The position numbers and the translations under genes were made by a program. DNA of 64,000 bases from Candidatus Levyibacteriota bacterium (GTDB taxonomy: Bacteria; Patescibacteriota; Microgenomatia; Levybacterales; UBA12049), in NCBI GenBank assembly GCA_016186625.1, contig JACPLG010000007.1, forward strand, positions 10,426 through 74,425, in the 5' to 3' direction. The notes under the pieces were generated by a model. That model saw only the letters and a program-made list of their open reading frames with translations. It did no database searches and was not told the origin of the DNA. Each line of letters starts with the position of its first letter. Position 1 is the first letter of the stretch. Shown here piece after piece: positions 36,475 to 44,886 of the stretch.

Positions 36475-37065
36475 ATGACACCTGTTGACTTTCCTAATAT
36501 ACGGAATATTACCATCTCCGGTAGAATTGCTTCCGGCACCACAACCTTAGCGAATAACCTTATAAAAACATTAGGATGGGAACTTTTGGAAGGTGGAGAA
36601 TTGTTTGGAAAATTTCATGAAGAACACCTCGATGATAAATCGGAGCTTGCCGTTTCCCGAAGACCTGATGAGGTGGATTTAGAATATGAAGAAATGATTA
36701 AAAAGATTTTAAAAGAGAAAAATCATCAGATAATTCAGAGTCATCTAGCAGGCTTTGACGCTCAAGGAATTCCGGGTGTTTTTAAAATTTTAGTAACCTG
36801 CGAGGATGCAAACGGCGAGGACAGGATTGATATAAGAATCGATAGACTTGTGAACAGAAAAGGATTACACGTGGATGATGCCAAACACGAAATTCGGGAA
36901 AGAGAAAAAAGTAACTTAGAGAAGTGGAGAAGAATGTATGCAGGGGAAGATCCCAACTGGGTTTATTGGGATCCAAAATATTATGATTTGATAGTCAACA
37001 CTTATGATCATAATCCTGAGGAAAGTCTCAATTTAGTTCTGGAAAAGATAGGATTTAATAAATAA
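36475..37065 (+). CDS. cytidylate kinase-like family protein
   Basis: ITISGRIASGTTTLANNLIKTLGWELLEGGELF matches the cmk-like P-loop. Confidence 0.5.
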   Translation: MTPVDFPNIRNITISGRIASGTTTLANNLIKTLGWELLEGGELFGKFHEEHLDDKSELAVSRRPDEVDLEYEEMIKKILKEKNHQIIQSHLAGFDAQGIPGVFKILVTCEDANGEDRIDIRIDRLVNRKGLHVDDAKHEIREREKSNLEKWRRMYAGEDPNWVYWDPKYYDLIVNTYDHNPEESLNLVLEKIGFNK

Positions 37066-37211
37066 TCACTAACTTCTGACTTCTAAGACACTTCGTTCTA
37101 AATCGCTAATTGTTAGAGCAATAGCGTCTCAGGAGCAAGAGTGAAACGTCTTATTAGTTGATCAGGACTTGATATTTTTATCTTCTGGTGGTAGAGTAGG
37201 GTAGATTCGCA

Positions 37212-37679
37212 TTGGTATTAGAGGCAAGGATTATGAAAGTAGCAAATGCGATGAGTAAGAAAGTTGACTATGTTACTCCTGAAACCAGAGTTAAGGAATT
37301 TTCAAAATTGATTTTTTCACATCACATCAACGGTGTCCCAGTTCTAAAACGAAAAAAAGTGATTGGTTTTATCACCGAGAGAGATATTCTCAAGCAATTT
37401 TTTCCTTCCATCCGAGAATACATGGAAGACCCTGTAAATGAAGCAAACTTTGAAAAAATGGAAAAGAAAATCTCAAGAATTTTTGATCTTCAGGCAAAAA
37501 AAATAATGAGCAAACGCCCCGTTACAATTCTACCAGACGTACCTCTTCTTGAAGCACTGTCAACAATGTTTACCAACAAAGTTGGAAGACTCCCGGTAGT
37601 TAATAAAAAAGGATATATGGTAGGTATCATTGCAAAAAGAGATATATTTAAATATCTTGTTGGTAAGAAGCTAAAATGA
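37212..37679 (+). CDS. CBS domain pair protein
   Basis: Two CBS motifs (HHINGVPVL and VGRLPVVNKKGYMVGIIAKRDI). Confidence 0.7.
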   Translation: MVLEARIMKVANAMSKKVDYVTPETRVKEFSKLIFSHHINGVPVLKRKKVIGFITERDILKQFFPSIREYMEDPVNEANFEKMEKKISRIFDLQAKKIMSKRPVTILPDVPLLEALSTMFTNKVGRLPVVNKKGYMVGIIAKRDIFKYLVGKKLK

Positions 37680-37732
37680 CCCGTTCGACATGCTTCGCAA
37701 AGAGGCGAGGGTCTAGGTAGTAAGATATAGCT

Positions 37733-38284
37733 ATGAAAAAAATATTTTTGAGCTTTATTTTCTTTTTGATTGCATTTTCAACTCCTGTATATGCGCAGAC
37801 TGAAATTCCAATACCAACTGTTAGCACCAGCCCTACTCCAACACAACAACTTATAGATTATCAGCTGCCATATCCAGGAATTCTTCCAGGCAGTCCCCTT
37901 TATTCTATAAAAATGATAAGAGACAGGATTATAGAATTTCTTATTTCCGATCCTTTAAAAAAAGCGGACTTTTATATTTTGCAAGCAGACAAAAGAGTAG
38001 CAGCTGCAATCTTACTTTTTGAAAAAGGAAACAATAGTCTTGGACAAACAACAATTTCAAAGGGCCAGAACTATTTAGAAAAATCTTTAGAAAAAGCAAT
38101 GGCGGCAAAAAACTCGGGAAAAGATGCCAAAGATGTTTTAGCCCGAGTAAAAAACTCGGCAACCAAACAAAGACAAGAAATAGAAAATCTTAGTAAAAAA
38201 TCTAATGAAATAAAAAGAATACTTTCGGGAGATCTTGGAAGAGTTCAAAGATTCGAAAAAAGTGTAGAAGAGATTAAGCCATAA
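37733..38284 (+). CDS. secreted hypothetical protein
   Basis: Signal peptide MKKIFLSFIFFLIAFSTPVYAQT followed by a helical domain. Confidence 0.4.
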   Translation: MKKIFLSFIFFLIAFSTPVYAQTEIPIPTVSTSPTPTQQLIDYQLPYPGILPGSPLYSIKMIRDRIIEFLISDPLKKADFYILQADKRVAAAILLFEKGNNSLGQTTISKGQNYLEKSLEKAMAAKNSGKDAKDVLARVKNSATKQRQEIENLSKKSNEIKRILSGDLGRVQRFEKSVEEIKP

Positions 38285-38447
38285 AGGCAGGCTTAACTCA
38301 ACTTTCGCGTCATTTTTTTACTCGCCACATAATTTAAATAAGCTATTTTTTTACCCGAATTTTAGTAAATTTTTTCTTACAACTTTAATGAGATCAAAAA
38401 ACGAGGCTAAAAAATGACTTGATTAGTTTTGATGTACTTATTGTTAG

Positions 38448-38500
38448 TTGACACCCCACTTATAGGGGCATATGATCGATCTTGACACTAGATTTAGTGT
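38448..38500 (+). promoter_or_regulatory. nrdR-nrdJ promoter (TTGACA-17-TATGAT) with NrdR-box palindrome
   Basis: ttgaca cccc...ggggca tatgat. The 16-bp palindrome acactagatttagtgt at 38485..38500 overlaps the predicted TSS. Confidence 0.5.
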
Positions 38501-38583
38501 ATCGGATTTAAGTTCGAGCACAGATCAGTAGAGCACTTTAACTTGCCCTATTTGCTATTTGATATTTACTTTTTAATATTTCT

Positions 38584-39033
38584 ATGAAGTGTCCATATTG
38601 CGGATCAAAAGATACTGAAGTAGTTGAAACCAGAGACTCGGAAGATTTGGAAACCATTAGGAGGAGACGAAACTGCGTTAAATGTGAGAAAAGATTTACT
38701 ACATATGAGCGAGTCGAGAATGTTAATCTGGTTGTTATTAAAAAAGACGGAAGGAGAGAGCAATTTAATAGAGACAAGCTCAAAAATGGAATTATTAGAT
38801 CCTGCGAAAAGACCAAAGTTTCGGTTGAAGACATAGAGAAAATTGTTACAGAAGTTGAAAGAGAACTGCGAGGTGCAGACTCGGTTGAGGTAGAAAGTAA
38901 AAAGATCGGGCAGATGGTTGCGGGCAAATTAAAAAAGTTAGACAAGATAGCATACATCCGTTTTTCAAGTGTATTTAGAAGATTTGTAGATATTGAAGAT
39001 TTTGAGAAAGAAGTAAAGAAACTTATTAACTAA
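38584..39033 (+). CDS. nrdR: transcriptional repressor NrdR
   Basis: MKCPYCGSKDTEVVETR zinc ribbon plus ATP-cone. Confidence 0.9.
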   Translation: MKCPYCGSKDTEVVETRDSEDLETIRRRRNCVKCEKRFTTYERVENVNLVVIKKDGRREQFNRDKLKNGIIRSCEKTKVSVEDIEKIVTEVERELRGADSVEVESKKIGQMVAGKLKKLDKIAYIRFSSVFRRFVDIEDFEKEVKKLIN

Positions 39034-39127
39034 GTCAAAAAGCAAAATGCAAAAGTCAAAATTTAAAGTAAAAAGTAAAAAAGTTTAATAATTTTGAATT
39101 GTACTTTTGAGTTTTGATTTTTAACTT

Positions 39128-41530
39128 TTGAATTTTATGAAATTAGACGGTGTGAGACAAAAAGTATTTTTAGACAGATACTCTTTAAAAGATAAAGAGG
39201 GAAAACCTCTTGAAAAAACTCCGGATGAGATGTGGCGGCGCGTTGCCAAGGGAATTGCAGGACAGGAAAAGAAAAGTCTTCAAAAAATCTGGGAGAAGAA
39301 ATTTTATGATGCTATATCTGGGTTTAAGTTTCTTCCGGGCGGACGAATTCTTGCAGGAGCAGGGACTGGATTTGATGTAACTTATTTTAATTGTTTTGTA
39401 ATTCCTTCCCCAAAAGACTCCCGTGACGGAATTTTAGATAACCTCAAAATCATGATTGAAATTATGGCACGCGGCGGAGGAGTTGGAATTAATTTATCTT
39501 CTCTTCGTCCAAAAGGAGCAAGAGTTAAAAAAGTAAACGGATTTTCCTCAGGCCCTATGAACTGGGCTGAGCTTTATTCTTTGGCAACTAAAGATATTAT
39601 TCAGCAAGGAGGAAGCAGGCGCGGCGCTTTAATGCTTATGCTTCATGATTGGCATCCGGATATTGAGGAGTTCATTACTGTTAAAGAAGATCTAAGAAGA
39701 ATTAACGGCGCAAATCTATCCGTCTGTGTTTCCGATGATTTCATGGAGGCAGTAAAAAATGATTCGGATTGGAAACTGGAATTCCCGGATTTGGATGACC
39801 CCAAGTATGACAAAAAATGGGATGGAGACTTAAAAGCCTGGAAGGCACGTGGCGGGCGAGTTGTAGTCAAGAAGACAGTTAAGGCAAAATACCTCTGGGA
39901 TCTAATTTGCAGCGCTGCATGGAGATCTGCTGAGCCAGGACTTCACTTTTTGGACAGAAGCAACAAGCGTTCGAATACGTATTATTTTGAGCAGTTAATT
40001 GCAACCAACCCTTGCGGAGAACAGCCACTTGGGGAGTGGGCGGTTTGTAATCTTGGCGCAATTAATCTCTCAGCCTATGTACATGGAGGAGAGTTTGATT
40101 ATAAAAACTTTGGTAAAGATGTAAGAACTGCCATCCGATTTTTAGATAATGTTATTGATGATACATATTATTTTTATCCTGAAAATGAAAAAATTGCTAA
40201 GGATATCCGCCGAACAGGCCTTGGTATCTTAGGCCTTGCTGACGCTTTAATTAAAATGAAGCTAAGGTACGGCGCTGCGGAAACAGAAGAGACATTGCGA
40301 AAAATCTTTGAGACTTTGCGAGATAATGCGTATGACGCATCAGCTGACATTGCCAAAGAAAAAGGAGCTTTTCCTAAATTTAAGGCGGCAAAATATCTTA
40401 AAGGTTATCATATACAAGCCTTGCCCCAGAAAATTAAAGACAAGATTGCCAGAAATGGAATAAGAAACGCAGTACTTCTTACAATTGCGCCAACTGGAAC
40501 AACCTCTTTAATCTCAGGAGTTTCTTCTGGAGTTGAGCCTGTTTATGAGTTCGAGTTCATAAGACGCGACCGCCTTGGAGAACACAAAATGTACCATCCT
40601 TTGTTTGAAGCATGGAAAAAAAATCACCCAAATGACGTAAAACCGGATTACTTTGTCTCAGCAAATGATCTGACACCCGAAGAGCACGTTATGGTGCAAT
40701 CTATTGCTCAGGAATATATTGATTCTTCAATTTCAAAAACCGTTAACGCGCCCAATGCCCACACCCCGGAGGACGTCAAAAATCTCTATATGCTGGCTTA
40801 TGAGCACGGTCTTAAAGGCATTACATATATGAGAGAGGGAAGCAGGGAAGGAGTTTTGTCTAGGGTGAATGATAAAAAAGACCAGACTTTGGGCAGGCAG
40901 GAGTCTGCGCCGGCCACTCTTCCCAAAGAATATGTTAGAGCGCCTCGTCCAATGATGGTTGAAGGAGTTACCTACAAAACTCAAACTCCAGTTGGAGATA
41001 CCTTTATCACTCTAAATCATGATCAAGGGGGAGAACCTTTTGAAGTATTTATAACAATTGGAAAAACAGGATCAGATCTTTCTGCAATGGCTGACGCTCT
41101 GGGCAGAATGATTTCCCTAAACCTTCGTCTCGCAGGCAACCTGCCGCCGCGCGAGAGGATTAGACAGGTTATATCACAGCTCTCAGGAATCGGGGGCGCT
41201 CGAAGCGTAGGCTTCGGAGAAAATAGAGTGCGCTCCCTTCCTGATGCTGTTGCCAAGATTTTGGCAAAGCAATATGCATTTAGAGTAAATGGTGCTGTTG
41301 AAGACAAACTTGCGCCAGGTGTCCTAACACCGGTTGCCACACCGGCGGCAGATTTACCTTCGGAAAAGGAAGAAATAACAGTTTTGCAACAACTCCCTTT
41401 ACAAGAAGGGATTGTAGGTAGTAAAGCAGACACTCATTTATTTGATATTTGTCCTGAATGCGGAGCAGGAGCATTTGCATATGAAGAAGGTTGCAGGAAA
41501 TGCTATTCCTGCGGCCACTCTGAATGCTAG
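39128..41530 (+). CDS. nrdJ: ribonucleoside-diphosphate/triphosphate reductase, class II (adenosylcobalamin-dependent)
   Basis: 800 aa. Motifs PGGRILAGAG, NPCGEQPL and C-terminal CxxC...CxxC. Confidence 0.9.
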   Translation: MNFMKLDGVRQKVFLDRYSLKDKEGKPLEKTPDEMWRRVAKGIAGQEKKSLQKIWEKKFYDAISGFKFLPGGRILAGAGTGFDVTYFNCFVIPSPKDSRDGILDNLKIMIEIMARGGGVGINLSSLRPKGARVKKVNGFSSGPMNWAELYSLATKDIIQQGGSRRGALMLMLHDWHPDIEEFITVKEDLRRINGANLSVCVSDDFMEAVKNDSDWKLEFPDLDDPKYDKKWDGDLKAWKARGGRVVVKKTVKAKYLWDLICSAAWRSAEPGLHFLDRSNKRSNTYYFEQLIATNPCGEQPLGEWAVCNLGAINLSAYVHGGEFDYKNFGKDVRTAIRFLDNVIDDTYYFYPENEKIAKDIRRTGLGILGLADALIKMKLRYGAAETEETLRKIFETLRDNAYDASADIAKEKGAFPKFKAAKYLKGYHIQALPQKIKDKIARNGIRNAVLLTIAPTGTTSLISGVSSGVEPVYEFEFIRRDRLGEHKMYHPLFEAWKKNHPNDVKPDYFVSANDLTPEEHVMVQSIAQEYIDSSISKTVNAPNAHTPEDVKNLYMLAYEHGLKGITYMREGSREGVLSRVNDKKDQTLGRQESAPATLPKEYVRAPRPMMVEGVTYKTQTPVGDTFITLNHDQGGEPFEVFITIGKTGSDLSAMADALGRMISLNLRLAGNLPPRERIRQVISQLSGIGGARSVGFGENRVRSLPDAVAKILAKQYAFRVNGAVEDKLAPGVLTPVATPAADLPSEKEEITVLQQLPLQEGIVGSKADTHLFDICPECGAGAFAYEEGCRKCYSCGHSEC

Positions 41531-41599
41531 ATGCGAATGCATGCGAATTTTTACTTCGAATTAATTCGAATAGATTCGGAATAAAAATTAGTATACATT

Positions 41600-41760
41600 A
41601 GATTTCAGTAAGGTTTGGGCAAGCGAGGTTTAATACCTTCACAGTGCCGCTACCGTAAAGTCGGAAAACCACCTTACGCTATTTACCCGAGCAGGTTTTT
41701 AAACGCGCAAACTTCTCGGGATACCGAAGAACGGGGCAAACGAGGAGTTTTTTTATGGTT
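41600..41760 (+). ncRNA. probable cobalamin riboswitch
   Basis: ccgctaccgtaaagtcggaaaaccacc resembles the cgcagcgguaagg and B12-box (aagcccgaagaccugcc) segments. Downstream cccgag...ctcggg hairpin and U-run. Precedes a DUF4430 gene. Confidence 0.55.
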
Positions 41761-41826
41761 CGACAGGGACTTCGGCTGAGCTTAGTCGAATGCCCTGACC
41801 ATAAATCCTGAGCTTGTCGAAGGATT

Positions 41827-42201
41827 ATGACAAAAAGAGCAAAGATTTATTTACTTGCCGCTGTAGTTTTCATTTTAATTTTTAATGTTTTCTTTGGTTT
41901 GTTTCTAATGCAAAGAAATACAAAACCTGAGTCAGAAATCAAACCAACTGTTGCCATTCAAAATAATATTTTTTCTTATAAAGGAGAAGATGGAAAAGAC
42001 GCACTGACAATTTTGAAAGAGAAAATTAGAGTCGAGGAGTCCTCTTCCGGTTTGGTTATTTCGATAAACAATAGAAAAGCAGAAGAGGACAATAAAGAGT
42101 TTTGGGCATTCTATGTGAATGGGAAAATGGCAGAAGTGGGTCCCTCGGATTATCAAACAAAGGATGGGGATTTGATAGAATGGAAAATTCAAAAATATTA
42201 A
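41827..42201 (+). CDS. DUF4430-like secreted B12-binding candidate
   Basis: N-terminal TM or signal peptide. C-terminal FWAFYVNGKMAEVGPSDYQTKDGDLIEW. Confidence 0.55.
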   Translation: MTKRAKIYLLAAVVFILIFNVFFGLFLMQRNTKPESEIKPTVAIQNNIFSYKGEDGKDALTILKEKIRVEESSSGLVISINNRKAEEDNKEFWAFYVNGKMAEVGPSDYQTKDGDLIEWKIQKY

Positions 42202-42734
42202 GCATTGAAAAAATAATTTTGCCTGTTGCGATTGTATTGTTCGGAGTATTACTTCGGCTAGTTCCGCATCCTCCAAACTTTGCTCCAATTGCGGCAATGG
42301 CGCTTTTTGGAGGAGCATACATTAGCAAGAGATATGCCTTGATTGTTCCTTTGACTGCGTTATTTTTATCAGACATTGTTATTGGATTTCACTCCACAAT
42401 GCCCTTTGTCTATATTAGTTTTATATTGATCGGACTTGTGGGATTGTGGCTTAGGAAAAGGAGGAGTTTGAAGTGGGTTCTGGGGGCAACTCTCTTTTCT
42501 TCTTTACTTTTTTTTGTAATTACTAACTTTGGAGTTTGGACCGTTGGCGCTTTATATCCCCTGACTTTAGATGGTTTAATCCGCTGTTTTTATCTTGCTT
42601 TGCCTTTTTTCCGAAATACGGTTGTTGGAGATTTGATTTTTGTTGGGTTGTTTTTTGGAAGTTTTGAGCTCGTATTAAGGCTATCACAAAGGTTTGTCTA
42701 TGGCAGGAAAAATTTATACAAGAACAGGAGATAA
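42180..42734 (+). CDS. small polytopic membrane protein, candidate ECF-type or vitamin transporter substrate component
   Basis: About 184 aa with 5 to 6 TM helices and an HPPNFAPIAAMALFGG motif. Start set at the internal Met. Confidence 0.4.
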   Translation: MENSKILSIEKIILPVAIVLFGVLLRLVPHPPNFAPIAAMALFGGAYISKRYALIVPLTALFLSDIVIGFHSTMPFVYISFILIGLVGLWLRKRRSLKWVLGATLFSSLLFFVITNFGVWTVGALYPLTLDGLIRCFYLALPFFRNTVVGDLIFVGLFFGSFELVLRLSQRFVYGRKNLYKNRR

Positions 42735-43257
42735 AGGTAAAACCTCACTTTTTGACGGGAAAAGAGTTTTAAAATCTGATAAAAAAGTTGAGGCTTATGG
42801 AACCATAGACGAATTAAACAGTGCAATCGGCGCCGCATCGGCGTTTATAAAAGTTCGATCGATCCAAGAGGAACTTGAAGAAATACAAAACGATCTTTTG
42901 GAAATCGGCTCATCTCTTGCAGTTTCCTCAACTTTGCCCGTAGATCAATTATCCAAACGTCCCGAAGAGTTTGAAAAACTGATAGACAAACTCACCAAAG
43001 AGCTCCCGGCCTTAAATCAGTTTATTTTGCCGGGCGGGGGAAAAGGAGGCTCCCTATTACACTTGGCTCGAACAATAACCCGCCGGGCAGAGCGGCGCGT
43101 TGTTGGCTTATCCAAAAGCGAAAACATTGATCAAACAATAATAACTTACTTAAATCGCCTTTCAGACCTCCTTTTTACAATGGCGCGTTTCGTTAACCAC
43201 AAAGAAAACCGCAACGGCTCGCTCAGGGCAAGCGAAAAAATTTGGAGGAAAAAATGA
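42694..43257 (+). CDS. ATP:cob(I)alamin adenosyltransferase, PduO type
   Basis: IYTRTGDKGKTSLFDGKRVLKSD...VEAYGTIDELNS. Confidence 0.8.
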   Translation: MSMAGKIYTRTGDKGKTSLFDGKRVLKSDKKVEAYGTIDELNSAIGAASAFIKVRSIQEELEEIQNDLLEIGSSLAVSSTLPVDQLSKRPEEFEKLIDKLTKELPALNQFILPGGGKGGSLLHLARTITRRAERRVVGLSKSENIDQTIITYLNRLSDLLFTMARFVNHKENRNGSLRASEKIWRKK

Positions 43258-44435
43258 CAGAAAGAGCAGATATTCCCCAGTACAACACAGTATTTGACAG
43301 CCGGAGATTCGTAGCGCTTATGGCGGAGAGGAGAACAGTTGGGTTTGAAACATCACTTGTTAGAGAGAAAGCTTATATTGGGCAGCAATTAAAAACTGAT
43401 TTAGGAGAAAGACTAGATGTTGCAAAAAGCACATTTGTTTATGAGATAAGAGATGGAAAATTATATGAACCAGGTAGAGACGAGCCAATGGAGGAAGTGA
43501 TCAAAAGAGGGATGGGGAGAAATCCAAAAGACAGAGAAAGAGATGCAGCAGAATTGGGTTCATTTACAGGTGTTATTCAGGGATTTTTAGCAAAAGAGGA
43601 TACGCCGGATGGGACTACTGTTCTTGCAGTCTCTCCACGAGGACTGCCGGGCTCTTTTGAGAAAAAAAACTTCTTTCAGGTTTATGTTAGGGAAGGGGAA
43701 TATATAATTGGTACAAGGTATTTTTCAGATTTAACCAACGAGGATTATCGAAGAAAAATCATAAGCATAAATCCTGCTTATTCTACTCTTATACCAGAAA
43801 AACCAACAGACGTGGATCTTAAATCAAATCCTATGGTTATTCCGTGTCATCTTGATTATTCAGCAGATCCTGACAAATTGGCTATGTTTCTTTTGAAAAA
43901 AGAAATAGGAATGCCGCAGGAGCAGTTAGATGAGGTATGGGAAGTTGTAACTCCGCTGGTAACAAGTTATACAAATACTTTGATAGAAAAACCAGGAGAC
44001 CTATATTGGCTTGAAATGAATTATAGAGCATTACTTAATGGCGCGCATAAAACCAGCGAGCGAGTATTAGAACAAAAATTCAACTACGCAGAGTTAACAC
44101 TGGACGAAAGAGCTCGGACTACTTACTTCGCCTGGACTGGAACACGGATTGAGATCGAAATGCTCGCGGGTGAAGAAATAAAAATTGGTGGGGGGGCGTG
44201 CGGTTCAGGGTCCTGCTCAACGTCATCGGAATCATCATCCGGGGTTTCAGATTCACCCTTGGATAACCTTGACGGAATGGGGAAAATAAACTTTCGCTGT
44301 CCGGATTGCAATGAGCTGAACACCAGAGAGTTATTTAACTATGTAAAGAGTTGTAAAAATTGCGGAAGTGATAAAGTACTTCCTCCCAGCCTAAGAGGCA
44401 AGATTTTTCAGCTGGGCCAAATGATGAACCAATAA
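43242..44435 (+). CDS. hypothetical protein with C-terminal zinc ribbon
   Basis: CPDCNELN...CKNCGSD at the C-terminus. No other motif recognised. Confidence 0.4.
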   Translation: MEEKMTERADIPQYNTVFDSRRFVALMAERRTVGFETSLVREKAYIGQQLKTDLGERLDVAKSTFVYEIRDGKLYEPGRDEPMEEVIKRGMGRNPKDRERDAAELGSFTGVIQGFLAKEDTPDGTTVLAVSPRGLPGSFEKKNFFQVYVREGEYIIGTRYFSDLTNEDYRRKIISINPAYSTLIPEKPTDVDLKSNPMVIPCHLDYSADPDKLAMFLLKKEIGMPQEQLDEVWEVVTPLVTSYTNTLIEKPGDLYWLEMNYRALLNGAHKTSERVLEQKFNYAELTLDERARTTYFAWTGTRIEIEMLAGEEIKIGGGACGSGSCSTSSESSSGVSDSPLDNLDGMGKINFRCPDCNELNTRELFNYVKSCKNCGSDKVLPPSLRGKIFQLGQMMNQ

Positions 44436-44495
44436 TTCTTGTTAGGAATTTGTTAGGATTTTTTCAATTAATCTAGCTTTGTTGTGGTATCATAG

Positions 44496-44849
44496 TTGTG
44501 TATGGAAGACAAAAGAAAAGTTCCAGTTGGTGTAACACCTAGCCTGAATACAGAAGGAGCACCTGTAACAACAGGTCCAAGTCCTGATATTACAGAGTTT
44601 GTGAAACCTACCCATGGTGAGGCAGAGGTTCCTATAACTCTTCAAGGTTATATAAAACAAAATCCAGTAGCTAAATTACCTAATGCTCCGGGAATGGAGC
44701 CAGTTCCTCCAGTTTTTGAGAGTTTAGAATCAATTCGGGGGAATGTGATTCCGATTAAGCAATTAAGAGAGAAGAGTGAAGGAGATGCAGAAAGCGGAGC
44801 TGCTGATTTAGCAAGAGTTAGAAAAAGACAGCTTAATAGAGCTGCTTAG
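44496..44849 (+). CDS. hypothetical small protein
   Basis: 117-aa Pro-rich ORF. Confidence 0.35.
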   Translation: MCMEDKRKVPVGVTPSLNTEGAPVTTGPSPDITEFVKPTHGEAEVPITLQGYIKQNPVAKLPNAPGMEPVPPVFESLESIRGNVIPIKQLREKSEGDAESGAADLARVRKRQLNRAA

Positions 44850-44886
44850 GGACGGTTTTAATCTGTACGGATTCCTGTTTAACATT

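Noticed and set aside
41531-41595. gatgcgaatgcatgcgaat... block as an nrdJ terminator
   Set aside because: It is only partly palindromic (gcatgc core) with no U-tract. More likely a member of the aatccgaaat/cgaat word-repeat family.
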